The translations under genes were made by a program, and so were the position numbers. Of a stretch of 64,000 bases of DNA, positions 10,176 through 19,725 are shown in pieces; positions within the stretch are counted from its first letter, which is position 1, and the number at the start of each line of letters is the position of its first letter. The notes beneath the pieces are model-generated. The model was not told where the DNA came from and did no database searches. It was given only the letters and a program-made list of their open reading frames with translations. The stretch is from a virus (lineage: Duplodnaviria; Heunggongvirae; Uroviricota; Caudoviricetes), in the IMG/VR virus record IMGVR_UViG_3300006226_001702, positions 11,064-75,063 of that record. One strand, written 5' to 3'.

Positions 10176-12239
10176 ATGAATGTTTTATATGAAGCAAAAA
10201 TGGACGATTTCGTCACTTCTGGAATTACTAATAAGTCAATTCATAAAAAAGGTGTAGGAAGAAGCCGTTTAGTTAAAGCAATATTAAATTATCCAAACTC
10301 ATTACATATACTTTATGAGGTAGACTCTTCAGATGATGACAACGGTGCAAAACATTTCGCAGTAAATGGTCAGTCTCTATCATTTCTAAATAAAGGTTAT
10401 GCCTCACAGTTACATTTCACTGACATTCAAAATATAGTCCCGCCAAACTTTATGCAGTTACCTTACAGTCAGCAAGAACAAATCCTTCAACAAGTGTTTG
10501 ACCAAGCTGAAATGAAAGTTCAATGTGACTGCGGTTCATTCTACTGGCAGGGAATGTGGGAAAAAGACGCTGAAAAAGATAACACTTACTCTTCATTCAC
10601 TGGACAGCACGGAAAAGACATTTGGGCTGGCAGGCATAATGCAAGTGGCAATGTGCAAGGTCAACAATTATGTAAGCACTTGTGGTCAGTTGTTGAACAG
10701 ATAGAAGAAGACATCCCAGCCATTCTAAAGCTTATGGGTTCAAACACATCTTCTGCTTCTTCAACAGTTCAAGATGATGCACTCGAAGCACCTGAAAGTC
10801 CAGCTGGTGTTCCAGACGAAAGACCAAGATCAGAAGGTGGAATCAAATCAGTCAAAGCAGCCGATACAATATCTGCCGACATTAACGAGATCAAATCACG
10901 AGCTGAACAAAATGACTTGCCAACTATGGACTTATCTGCTGTTGAAAGTAAGCCTGTTGAAGGTGATGCTGATGTTGTGGAAGGTGCTGAAGATTATGAG
11001 CCACCAATTGAAGAGCCCAACAAGGCAGAAAACTTAGATGCAGATGCTACTGAAGATAAGATGTTAGAAGAGCCACTTGACACTAAAACGAAAAGTGATA
11101 TTGGTTTAGTTGAATCTTTTGAGAGGATCTATCAACAGTCATTGAGAGAAAAGAAAGACCACATCATAAACAAATTACCTCGTTTATCTAATACTGAAAA
11201 AGAAGAAGTCATCAACTTTTTTAAGAATCATTCTAACCTCGAAAACAAAATAGATTGGAATAACAAATCACTTACTATAAATGATTTTAGGCAGGTGATG
11301 AAATCTGTTGAAACTTCTCGTTCTGCTAAAAAGGCAGAAGTTAAAGCTGACTTAAGAGTTGCTTTTGATGATTATGTCAAAAATGGGGAAGCACACGTTT
11401 GGTTCGCCAATGACAAACTTATTTTAGTGTCACCATTAAGTTGGGCTTGTGCTCAATTTATGGATTCATATAACTGTTATGGTGAAGGCGCAAAATGGTG
11501 CATTGGAAAAGAAAATGACCCGCAACATTGGAATGATTATGTTTGTGAAAAAAGACAACAATTCATTATGTTATACGATGCTGTTGAAAAAACAAAGTTC
11601 ATGATTGAGCGTTCAAACGAAGAATACTATGACATTTGGGACGCGAAAGATAATCACATTTATGCTGAATCAAAAGGATTAGTTGATGCTGTTGAGCATC
11701 TTATTGGTGATAGAATAAATGAATTCCCAATACAAGAAATTGAAGCTGATGTAAATGAAGATATTGAAGAACTTTTTTATAATTGTGATTATGAAGAACA
11801 TGTAAATAACAGAGAAGAATTGGGTGAAGAATTAAATGAATATTACATAGAGGAACTTCTAAAAGGCAGAGGCGAAAGTGAATTAGAAAGTCCAATAAAC
11901 TTATTTCCAACTTTAATGTATGAAATTAGAAAAAGAGGTGAGGGAATAGCTGATGAAGATGAAAATGAATTAGCCGATGAAGTTCTAGTTAGTGTTACTA
12001 ATACAGTTATTGCAACATTTCACAATGAAGTTAGAGCAGGTAGGCCAGTTGATGATGAATGGATGGTTGACTTGTATGCTGCCGACAAAGTTGATGTTGA
12101 TGGTGAAATATCTGAAAAGGATAGAGAGACATCACGAGAAGCTTGGTACGATAAAAAACGAACACTCTTAATGGATAAAGAAAGATCTTATGGACAACAG
12201 TTCTTGTTTGAATCTATTTACAGGAAGAGCCATGAATAA
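10176..12239 (+). CDS. hypothetical protein with SWIM-type zinc finger and acidic regions
   Basis: CDCGSFYW...CKHLW (CxCxnCxH); long acidic stretches; contains SFERIYQQSLREKK motif. Confidence 0.5.
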   Translation: MNVLYEAKMDDFVTSGITNKSIHKKGVGRSRLVKAILNYPNSLHILYEVDSSDDDNGAKHFAVNGQSLSFLNKGYASQLHFTDIQNIVPPNFMQLPYSQQEQILQQVFDQAEMKVQCDCGSFYWQGMWEKDAEKDNTYSSFTGQHGKDIWAGRHNASGNVQGQQLCKHLWSVVEQIEEDIPAILKLMGSNTSSASSTVQDDALEAPESPAGVPDERPRSEGGIKSVKAADTISADINEIKSRAEQNDLPTMDLSAVESKPVEGDADVVEGAEDYEPPIEEPNKAENLDADATEDKMLEEPLDTKTKSDIGLVESFERIYQQSLREKKDHIINKLPRLSNTEKEEVINFFKNHSNLENKIDWNNKSLTINDFRQVMKSVETSRSAKKAEVKADLRVAFDDYVKNGEAHVWFANDKLILVSPLSWACAQFMDSYNCYGEGAKWCIGKENDPQHWNDYVCEKRQQFIMLYDAVEKTKFMIERSNEEYYDIWDAKDNHIYAESKGLVDAVEHLIGDRINEFPIQEIEADVNEDIEELFYNCDYEEHVNNREELGEELNEYYIEELLKGRGESELESPINLFPTLMYEIRKRGEGIADEDENELADEVLVSVTNTVIATFHNEVRAGRPVDDEWMVDLYAADKVDVDGEISEKDRETSREAWYDKKRTLLMDKERSYGQQFLFESIYRKSHE

Positions 12240-12567
12240 TAAACAAGAAGCCGCACTTAAAATAGTTAAACTATTAAATCTCTATAATAATGAAGCATCA
12301 ACTAATAATGAAAAGATGATTGCTAAATCTAAAATAGATGAGCTCTGCGTTAAGTTCCATTTTAGAATTCAAGACAGTACTATAATTGATATTGATATAG
12401 AAAAAAGAAATGCAACACAGAATCAATATGTTGCAAAAGAAGTTGACCCATATAGAACTGGTTCATATGTTATTTACAAAGGTGTTAAATACTATCAACA
12501 AAAAGGAAAAGGACCGCCTGTCCCAAGACAAATGTTTGACAAAAGATACATTGGAGTTAGAAGATGA
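12232..12567 (+). CDS. hypothetical protein
   Basis: Track ORF 12190..12567 trimmed to ATG at 12232 (MNNKQE), 8 nt upstream of the preceding gene's stop. Confidence 0.4.
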   Translation: MNNKQEAALKIVKLLNLYNNEASTNNEKMIAKSKIDELCVKFHFRIQDSTIIDIDIEKRNATQNQYVAKEVDPYRTGSYVIYKGVKYYQQKGKGPPVPRQMFDKRYIGVRR

Positions 12568-12944
12568 AAACATTTGAACAAATATACCAATTAAGAGAAG
12601 ACAAAAAACCATTCGTTGGTGATTGTAGAGATTTAGAAGTGTCAAACAATTTACCATGGGAAGATACAACTGAATGTGCTAATGACTTAGGTTATTGGGC
12701 TAGAATGGATGAATATGATGGCAGTCCAGAAGATAGTAATTACGAAAAAATAACAAAAGAAGAATTTTGGGAAGCTTGCGAAAGACATAGAAACCCACAA
12801 TTTGATTGGGAAAGAAAAGCTAAAGATTACACAGATGACTGGGATGAATACATTGACGGAGATAAAATCTATCTCAAACGATATGACGGAAACATTTATC
12901 TAATTTATGATGAAAACGAAGACGTTCATTATTTTTGGTGGTAG
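12564..12944 (+). CDS. hypothetical protein (N-terminal MKTFEQIY motif)
   Basis: 126-aa ORF, ATGA-coupled to upstream gene. Confidence 0.5.
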   Translation: MKTFEQIYQLREDKKPFVGDCRDLEVSNNLPWEDTTECANDLGYWARMDEYDGSPEDSNYEKITKEEFWEACERHRNPQFDWERKAKDYTDDWDEYIDGDKIYLKRYDGNIYLIYDENEDVHYFWW

Positions 12945-12946
12945 TA

Positions 12947-14329
12947 ATGAAGTTATTTGAAGAAATCTACACTGGATATCGTGGAATGTCAGGTGGTAGT
13001 GATGAAGGCAAAAACTTCTGGGAGCCAGGAGAATTTGATAAGCTCACTTCAAAAAAATCAGTGGGAAAATGGTACTCATCAGACCCAGAAGTTGCTGAGT
13101 GGTACGGTGATGGGAAAGTTATTAAGAACACATTAGAATTTGACGACCCAATGATTGTTGATGCTGAAGGTTCTGACTATCACAACATACAAATTGATGG
13201 AAAAAGATACAATTCAGATAAACTATCTTTAATGGCTCATGAAGATGGCCATGATGGATTAGTTATAGAAAATGTTAAGGACCCAAAAATAGTTGCTGAT
13301 ACTTATGTTGCATTAAAACCTAACACAATTAAAGAGTCAAAATTATTTGAACAGATATATAGAAGCAGCAAATTGTACTATCACATCTCTCCAAATAAGT
13401 TTGACAAATTTGAAAGACGAAACTCTTTTAGAAAAGGAGATGGTGCTGAAGAGTTAGGTGGGACATTTTTAACTCCACAGCTTTATATGATTAATGCTTA
13501 TTTCGCTAATTATCTTTCAACTAAACATAAGAGAAAAGAATATTATCTATACTACTGCAAATTGAAAAAAGACTTAAACATCTTTAATCCATCATCTAAG
13601 AAAGATAGAACATTATTGATTGATAAAATTAGAGAAAATCCAAATCAGTTTTTCTTGAATTATTCTATTAAACAACCACGAGCTGTTCTTCCAGATTTGA
13701 AAAGAGAGTTAGCCTCAATGTTTCGCTCACATAATTGGTCTCAAATAGAAAATCCAGAACTTACTAAAATGATTAAGAGCCTTGGATTTGATGGCTATGT
13801 TTCTCAAGAAAATGAAGTGGGAAATATCATGGTGTTTGACCCAACTAATATTGAAATAGTTAGAAGCAAATCAATGAAAGCAGAAGACTTAAAAGATAGT
13901 TGGTCAGAAAAAGCTTTTTCTAAAGATGAGTACGAACAAATAAATGATAGATACAAATGGAAAGACGAAAAAGAAAATAGATGGGACTCAGTTGATGATA
14001 ATGAGTTCAACGACTTAAAATATACGACATCAGATATTTATGAGATAACTACAGACACTGACTTAGAACCATTCGATCTACTTTCTATGGTCGACAATGA
14101 TGGTAAAATAATCACTAACAAAATGAGAGACGTTTTAGACCCAGCGATTCATTATGCTAAAAAGTTTTTCTTTGACGGAAAAGAATTTGATAGCGTTAAC
14201 GAATTAGAAAAACATCTTGTCAAAACTTTTGGAAAAAGTGATAAGGAGTGGGGCGAAGTTTTCTCTGGAATGCTTGGCGAAGATGATGAAGACGAGCATG
14301 ACGCTGGTGATGGTGACTTAATCTTTTAA
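12947..14329 (+). CDS. hypothetical protein (two copies of LFE(E/Q)IY motif)
   Basis: Track ORF 12935..14329; start placed at MKLFEEIY to match the N-terminal motif pattern seen in paralogous contexts; internal second copy SKLFEQIYRSS. Confidence 0.5.
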   Translation: MKLFEEIYTGYRGMSGGSDEGKNFWEPGEFDKLTSKKSVGKWYSSDPEVAEWYGDGKVIKNTLEFDDPMIVDAEGSDYHNIQIDGKRYNSDKLSLMAHEDGHDGLVIENVKDPKIVADTYVALKPNTIKESKLFEQIYRSSKLYYHISPNKFDKFERRNSFRKGDGAEELGGTFLTPQLYMINAYFANYLSTKHKRKEYYLYYCKLKKDLNIFNPSSKKDRTLLIDKIRENPNQFFLNYSIKQPRAVLPDLKRELASMFRSHNWSQIENPELTKMIKSLGFDGYVSQENEVGNIMVFDPTNIEIVRSKSMKAEDLKDSWSEKAFSKDEYEQINDRYKWKDEKENRWDSVDDNEFNDLKYTTSDIYEITTDTDLEPFDLLSMVDNDGKIITNKMRDVLDPAIHYAKKFFFDGKEFDSVNELEKHLVKTFGKSDKEWGEVFSGMLGEDDEDEHDAGDGDLIF

Positions 14330-14332
14330 ACC

Positions 14333-14363
14333 AAAAAAAGCCCCCATTGCGGGGGCAAGTAGC
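14333..14363. terminator. bidirectional rho-independent terminator
   Basis: aaaaaaaGCCCCCATTGCGGGGGCaag; GC hairpin with A-run on plus strand, so a U-run for the convergent minus-strand gene. Confidence 0.7.
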
Positions 14364-14378
14364 AGAGTGAATTATAAA

Positions 14379-14765
14379 CTAAAAAATTTCAAGATCGGCA
14401 GGCTGGTCAGCAGGAACATCGGCTTCAACTGGAGCGGCCTCTACGACCTCGGCAGCAGCTGCGCGCTTGCGAGCAACGCGCTCGTTCACCTTGATTGCCA
14501 TCGCAGCCTTGAGCTTCGCTTCGGCTTCTGACTTGGCGGCGCGTGCCTCAGTAAGGGCAGCAGCTTTAGTCTCGCGTTTAGCGACCCGTTCGGCCTTGCG
14601 AGTTTCAACAGCGGCAGTGTACGCAGCACGTGCAGCGGGACGGAAGTCCTTCACAAGACTCTTAATGAGCTCGTCGGCTTCAACTGAAATGCCAGGGTTC
14701 TTAACCATTTCATCCTGCAGTGCGGCAAATGCCTTCGTCATTCGTTCTCTAAGTTCTTTTCTCAT
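14379..14765 (-). CDS. Ala/Lys-rich histone-H1-like / nucleoid-associated-like protein
   Basis: 128 aa dominated by KAA/AKA/AEA repeats (KAAALTEARAAKSEAEAKLKAAMAIK); gene is conspicuously GC-rich relative to flanks. Confidence 0.45.
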   Translation of the reverse strand: MRKELRERMTKAFAALQDEMVKNPGISVEADELIKSLVKDFRPAARAAYTAAVETRKAERVAKRETKAAALTEARAAKSEAEAKLKAAMAIKVNERVARKRAAAAEVVEAAPVEADVPADQPADLEIF

Positions 14766-14810
14766 CTCTTATCTCCTCAGATAGTTTTTCCAACATACGC
14801 TGGATTTAAT

Positions 14811-14841
14811 AATATATAAGAACATTCAAACGAATGTTCAA
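14811..14841 (-). promoter_or_regulatory. sigma70-like promoter TTGAAC-N17-TATATA (copy 2) with palindromic operator-like spacer
   Basis: Minus-strand TTGAACattcgtttgaatgttctTATATATT; spacer contains perfect inverted repeat GAACATTC-aaac-GAATGTTC (14820..14839). Confidence 0.5.
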
Positions 14842-14848
14842 AATCTCC

Positions 14849-15016
14849 TTAACAATCTCCACAGCCATTACATAAGTAAGGCCAGCGGTTTCCGTTGATT
14901 TCGCAGCACTGGACAGCATCATTGTTGAAACAATCGTCGCATACATATTTGAAGCTGCTATCACAATCCATATAGATATTGTCAGCTATCTCCTGTCCAC
15001 AATTTGCACAACGCAT
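14849..15016 (-). CDS. small Cys-rich (zinc-ribbon-like) protein
   Basis: 55-aa ORF below track cutoff: MRCANCGQEIADNIYMDCDSSFKYVCDDCFNNDAVQCCEINGNRWPYLCNGCGDC; GGAGA RBS. Confidence 0.35.
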   Translation of the reverse strand: MRCANCGQEIADNIYMDCDSSFKYVCDDCFNNDAVQCCEINGNRWPYLCNGCGDC

Positions 15017-15026
15017 GAGCATTCTC

Positions 15027-15176
15027 CTACCTAAAATTATTTCCGCTGGGCATGTTTTTGTTCAGCCAGCGACATAAGTCTTCAATTTGGGCTTTTGAAT
15101 CAGAGACGTTACCCCACTCTTTAGTTTTTCTGTGGTACGCTCTCCAAAGTCCTTGCCATCTCTTACATATCCACAT
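15027..15176 (-). CDS. small hypothetical protein
   Basis: Track ORF 15027..15227 trimmed to MWICKRW, which has a GGAGG RBS; upstream part is occupied by promoter copy 3. Confidence 0.35.
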   Translation of the reverse strand: MWICKRWQGLWRAYHRKTKEWGNVSDSKAQIEDLCRWLNKNMPSGNNFR

Positions 15177-15196
15177 ATAACATCCTCCGTTATAAT

Positions 15197-15227
15197 AATA
15201 TATAAGAAGAATTAGAATAGTGTTCAA
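15197..15227 (-). promoter_or_regulatory. sigma70-like promoter TTGAAC-N17-TATATA (copy 3)
   Basis: Minus-strand TTGAACactattctaattcttctTATATATT. Confidence 0.5.
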
Positions 15228-15230
15228 AAT

Positions 15231-15674
15231 CTAAAGGACTTTTCTCATTATAACACAGTCATTTACAGGTAATTCTTGATAGCCAAAACGTTGATAGTAG
15301 CTGATTAGTGAGGGATTTCTCGTTTGTAAAGTTATTGATGATAATTGAAGTGATCTAGCAATTCGTTCTAAGTCCTGCATAATAGTTGACCCAACATTTT
15401 TTCCACGAAACTCTGGGAAAACTTCAATGCATGAAAGATGTAGAGAATTTGGTAACCAATAATTGTTAGAAAGACAGATAATAGCAGTGGGGATTCCTCC
15501 AGTGTAAATGCTATCAGTTACTTCTGATAAACATTCAAACCATGAGAATTTAGTGTTGTCATAATATCCATTTCCTTTGACTCTATTTGGTCCAAGGTAC
15601 TCAAATATTAGCGGGAGTTCCTTCTCCCAATACTTCAGTTCGATGTCCGTCGCTGGAATCTTCACGTACTTCAT
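15231..15674 (-). CDS. GNAT family N-acetyltransferase
   Basis: Motif A-like VFPEFRGKNVGSTIMQDLERIA (acetyl-CoA binding R/QxxGxG/A). Confidence 0.65.
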   Translation of the reverse strand: MKYVKIPATDIELKYWEKELPLIFEYLGPNRVKGNGYYDNTKFSWFECLSEVTDSIYTGGIPTAIICLSNNYWLPNSLHLSCIEVFPEFRGKNVGSTIMQDLERIARSLQLSSITLQTRNPSLISYYQRFGYQELPVNDCVIMRKVL

Positions 15675-16086
15675 TTTCTTCCTTCAATTTGTTAATAACT
15701 TCTAATAAAATCTCTGGGTGCACTTTTTCATAAAAAGTTTGTTGCTTTAAAAAGTCACAAGCTTCTTCATATGTAAAAGTGTAAGGTTGATTATTTAGAA
15801 ATTCATACAGTTTCTCAAACGGCATGTAATTGTACTTACATAACTCAGAGGCTGCTTTAATCCTCAATTTACAATTTTCATTTTTAGTTAACTCAAATAT
15901 GCTCTGTTCTCTCTCAATAAATTTGTAAGCCATATCTGAAATTAACATAGTTTCGGATAATCTTGGTCCCCCATATTGCTCACACATTTTGATGATATCT
16001 TTTAATGCTTTGCCATATTCTTCAAAGTTATTACGATGAGAATTCAAAAGTGAGGCTTCTCTAAGTTTTAAGTCTTTTAATGTCAT
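15601..16086 (-). CDS. hypothetical protein
   Basis: 161-aa ORF; first gene of minus block with AACTAAATAATATG start context; 3' end overlaps the GNAT ORF by 74 nt. Confidence 0.45.
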   Translation of the reverse strand: MTLKDLKLREASLLNSHRNNFEEYGKALKDIIKMCEQYGGPRLSETMLISDMAYKFIEREQSIFELTKNENCKLRIKAASELCKYNYMPFEKLYEFLNNQPYTFTYEEACDFLKQQTFYEKVHPEILLEVINKLKEENEVREDSSDGHRTEVLGEGTPANI

Positions 16087-16111
16087 ATTATTTAGTTTTC
16101 TACTAACTATT

Positions 16112-16675
16112 ATGAATCTAAATAGAATCCGACATTCTACAGTTCAATCACGATTAGCAATGGTGCAAGACAGAGCTAGAAGAAAGTTAATCGATAACTC
16201 ACTCTTTTGGATAAGCAACCCAACTGACTGCATTAGAATGAGAATGAGAGAGAACTTTGAGGGAGATGCTATTTCCTGGATAGTTGAAAAGGCAGATGTC
16301 ATTTCAGCAGTTTTTCCACCTCTCACTGATGTTCCTTATAGAAAAGTCAATGTTGACCCAGTTACTAGAGCATGGAGTTTGACCTCATTAGTATCTGCTT
16401 TTGAAGATGATGCTCAAGAGAAATTCTATACGTTACAGATTCCATTTGAGTTTGATATAAATGCTAAAGATTTGTTGTTCAGAATTATGTTAGATGAAGC
16501 TCAAAAGTTTCCAATTATTATACCAATAATGTGTCAAGAATTATTAGGAACTTTTGGCGGTATGATGATAATAATGAATAAAGTAAAATGCACTATACCT
16601 ACAGATACTATACCACAGGAAATAGTTGACACTATTCATCAAATGGCGTTGCGTAGACAGATTATTAGATATTAG
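16112..16675 (+). CDS. hypothetical protein
   Basis: 187-aa ORF, start in ACTAACTATTATG context. Confidence 0.5.
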   Translation: MNLNRIRHSTVQSRLAMVQDRARRKLIDNSLFWISNPTDCIRMRMRENFEGDAISWIVEKADVISAVFPPLTDVPYRKVNVDPVTRAWSLTSLVSAFEDDAQEKFYTLQIPFEFDINAKDLLFRIMLDEAQKFPIIIPIMCQELLGTFGGMMIIMNKVKCTIPTDTIPQEIVDTIHQMALRRQIIRY

Positions 16676-17061
16676 TCAAACAGAATTTTTTCTTCTAAAA
16701 GAGCTAATCTTTTCTTTTCTAAATATCTATTATTCTTTAATTCAGTAAGCTCTTTTCTTAATACTTTAATTTGATATTTTAATTCAGCATTCTGTTCAGA
16801 TATTAAATCAACCTTCTTTTTAGCTTGATCTCTATTTAATCGTTTAATTGCTAAAACAAAGTCATTAAAAAATTGTTTTGAGTGTTTATATTTATATAGA
16901 ACTATATCTAAATCATACACAATTTTATCATATTCTTCTCTAAAACGTTCGTATGATTTAGTTCTATAAACTAGTGTGCTAAAAAAGTCACAGAAAATAG
17001 ATATTGGCGGCTTATATGCATTTTCAATAGCTTGTTCTCTGACTTGTTTCATGCTAATCAT
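16672..17061 (-). CDS. hypothetical coiled-coil protein
   Basis: 129-aa ORF, heptad-like C-terminal region. Confidence 0.4.
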   Translation of the reverse strand: MISMKQVREQAIENAYKPPISIFCDFFSTLVYRTKSYERFREEYDKIVYDLDIVLYKYKHSKQFFNDFVLAIKRLNRDQAKKKVDLISEQNAELKYQIKVLRKELTELKNNRYLEKKRLALLEEKILFD

Positions 17062-17392
17062 TGTCTGGGTCGCTTATTTCCTTTGTTTGAGATCCTAAAT
17101 CAATATTCTCTTCTAGCTCATTCCAATCCTGTCCAAGGTAAAGCGTTTCAGTATCTTTTAATTGATCATTTGGAAGTTTAGAAACATAATCAGATAACTC
17201 AATGCAACCTTTTCTCCAAAGAATGATTTCCTGAATTGCATATGCTCGTTTTAATTCATCTACTTTGAATGTGCTGTTTCGTTTTAAGTCACCATAATCA
17301 GTATCATATTTAGATTTTTTGAGAAACTTAATGTCATCAAAATATGATGAAGTTAAATACTTCTTGTTTTTCTTTTGAATTGTTCTAATCAT
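17054..17392 (-). CDS. hypothetical protein
   Basis: 112-aa ORF overlapping neighbours by 8 nt. Confidence 0.4.
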   Translation of the reverse strand: MIRTIQKKNKKYLTSSYFDDIKFLKKSKYDTDYGDLKRNSTFKVDELKRAYAIQEIILWRKGCIELSDYVSKLPNDQLKDTETLYLGQDWNELEENIDLGSQTKEISDPDND

Positions 17393-17756
17393 CTTTTACT
17401 TCCTCCAAATTTCCATCTTTATTTATGATATATGTTTTAGCAGTAACTTGACAATTGTTGGTAGTAGTCACCCATGGCACTTTTTCTTCAGTGTCTCTTG
17501 GATTACCATAGATATCAACTGGGTTGCCTTCTTTATCTATAAAGTTTCCCGCTCTAACATTCCAAACATAATGTTGTCCATCTTTAAAGCCTAACTCAAA
17601 AAGTTCACGAGCTTTTGCAACAAAGTCTGGACCTGGTTCTGAATTCCAACTATCTTTACCTTCTAAATAAAGCTCTTTAATTTTTTTGTTAATTACATTT
17701 TCTGGGTCTGTTGACCAAATTGTCTCACTCAAATAATTCTCCATCCAATGAAGCAT
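17385..17756 (-). CDS. hypothetical protein
   Basis: 123-aa ORF. Confidence 0.4.
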   Translation of the reverse strand: MLHWMENYLSETIWSTDPENVINKKIKELYLEGKDSWNSEPGPDFVAKARELFELGFKDGQHYVWNVRAGNFIDKEGNPVDIYGNPRDTEEKVPWVTTTNNCQVTAKTYIINKDGNLEEVKDD

Positions 17757-18528
17757 ATAAGCTTATTGTTTTCTTTAATTTGTCTATTTCTTCTTGTTGT
17801 TTAGATATTAACTCGTCTCTCTCATCAGTTATAGTTAAGCCTTTTTTGATTATCTCATTAAAGTCACAATTTACGTTGCATTCCCATAGACATTTTCCAC
17901 ATCCACCTTGATCAGGTTCAAATGGGTCTTTTTTCAAGTTAACTTTCCAATGAGTATGTCTTCTATGTACATCGTCAAACTTCTCTTTTCCCATTGGACA
18001 AGAACATCTTTTATGTTCTAAATCATCTATCTTAATTAAGCCATGGAATCTAATTCTCACATCAAACATTTTGAAAGTTATCCAATGTTTAATATCTTTG
18101 AAAGTTTGAGATGCTTTTATATTATCTTTTAATCTGTTTAATGGGAAAGGCAATTTACTAATTACATCTTTTCTGTCTAATGATTTGTTAATTCTTGCAG
18201 CAAACTCATCACAGTCTTCTTGTGTTAAATCATACAAACCTTTTAACCAAAAATGTAATTTATTATCATATAAAGAAGGATCTCCATGATTTGATTCAAT
18301 AACCCATTTAGTGCTTTTTGGAATGTACATCATCCAATAAAACTTATTATATTGAACTATGTTATTTGCTGTAATAAAAACCCAAGGTGTATGTTTATGA
18401 CTGCCACTTCCAAAGTGTCCACTTGATGTATAAATACCAGGATTTCTGTTTATAGCCCGAACTAATTCTCTCATTTCTGGGTCTATCTTTTCGTAATCAA
18501 TTTTCTTCTTTTTTCTTTCAAGTGTCAT
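17725..18528 (-). CDS. hypothetical protein with Cys/His-rich segment
   Basis: 267 aa; HKRCSCPMGKEKFDDVHRRHTHWK and CGKCLWECNVNC clusters. Confidence 0.45.
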   Translation of the reverse strand: MTLERKKKKIDYEKIDPEMRELVRAINRNPGIYTSSGHFGSGSHKHTPWVFITANNIVQYNKFYWMMYIPKSTKWVIESNHGDPSLYDNKLHFWLKGLYDLTQEDCDEFAARINKSLDRKDVISKLPFPLNRLKDNIKASQTFKDIKHWITFKMFDVRIRFHGLIKIDDLEHKRCSCPMGKEKFDDVHRRHTHWKVNLKKDPFEPDQGGCGKCLWECNVNCDFNEIIKKGLTITDERDELISKQQEEIDKLKKTISLYASLDGELFE

Positions 18529-18840
18529 TTCTTTTCCTTCTTGTAATTACTACATTCTGTTATAATGACTTCTAAAACTTCGTTATCAATTTCAACTTTG
18601 TCTTTGTGTTCACATTGATTCCTGCAATCTACACATTTACTTTTACTTTTCATAAATCAACCCACTTTTTTAGACAGGCATAATAAACTGGAATAGTTAA
18701 AAAATAGAAAATGAATGACCAACCAGTTTCAAACTGTAATGAAAAATGTGCGGGAGCAATTACACATAACCAAGATAAAATAATGAATCCAGACACTTTG
18801 AGCATCATTAAAAATGCTCTATAAACATTATAAATAAATA

Positions 18841-19725
18841 TCATTTTGGTATCAAGTTCCTATATTCTAAATTTGTCCCATGTTTTTTATTCCATTTTTC
18901 TAATTCAGTAGTTATATCATATTGCTCAATGTTTATTTCAACTCCATGATCATAATAATGTTCTGGATTATCCAAATCAGCTTCAACAACATCAATGTAC
19001 ATTCTTAAATCAAAATATGGTTCCCTATGTTCCAATGAAAGTTGATTTAACAGAGCATATATAACATCTTTTTCTGGTTTATAAACATAAAGAGACAAAC
19101 TATCATGAACATAATTATAGATTCTACTTTGGAATTCCCATTCAACTAATAAGTTATTCATAGCAGTAACATCTGGCATCGCTTGAAATACTTCAGCCGT
19201 TTGAATAGTTGTGTTACTTGCTTCATTCTTCATTCCAGAAAACATTTTGGAATAAAGTTTGACATCTACACCAACTAGATTATCTCTTGCATTTCTTTTT
19301 AGATAACGAAACTCTGGAAAGTGACGAACTGGCCCACTCCAAGTTCGAGCATAACCATGTTTCATCGCAAATTTTTGTTCTCTAGTTACACGCTCTAATA
19401 ATCCAGGATAAGTTTGAAAGAATAAATCTCTTAATTTATTTCCAACAATCATATACTTTAATTCAGCAATACTTTTTCCTTTTGTGTTTCCATAAATTGC
19501 ATTATCCAAAGCAGGTTTCAACTTAAATGTGTCAATAGTTAAATCACAATCATGTTCCGAGAACCCAGCCTGTTTCATTTGACGTCCAAGAGTTGGACCT
19601 GTGCAAGCAAATATTGTTGATAAGTTAACTGTCTTTCCATCAAATCTCATTTTCTTAAATGGAGGAAAACCTTTTAAGACTAGAAAATCTTGTAATGTTA
19701 TTTCTCGTTTCGTTATTTTATACAT
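18841..19725 (-). CDS. DNA polymerase I family, C-terminal fragment (motif C region)
   Basis: YNYVHDSLSLYV resembles PolA motif C (VHDE); overlaps the upstream pol ORF by ATGTATAA. Confidence 0.55.
   Translation of the reverse strand: MYKITKREITLQDFLVLKGFPPFKKMRFDGKTVNLSTIFACTGPTLGRQMKQAGFSEHDCDLTIDTFKLKPALDNAIYGNTKGKSIAELKYMIVGNKLRDLFFQTYPGLLERVTREQKFAMKHGYARTWSGPVRHFPEFRYLKRNARDNLVGVDVKLYSKMFSGMKNEASNTTIQTAEVFQAMPDVTAMNNLLVEWEFQSRIYNYVHDSLSLYVYKPEKDVIYALLNQLSLEHREPYFDLRMYIDVVEADLDNPEHYYDHGVEINIEQYDITTELEKWNKKHGTNLEYRNLIPK

Noticed and set aside
14467-14784. 105-aa plus-strand ORF in the GC-rich island
   Set aside because: GC-rich DNA gives long open antisense frames; the minus-strand gene has a promoter, a terminator and coherent repeats
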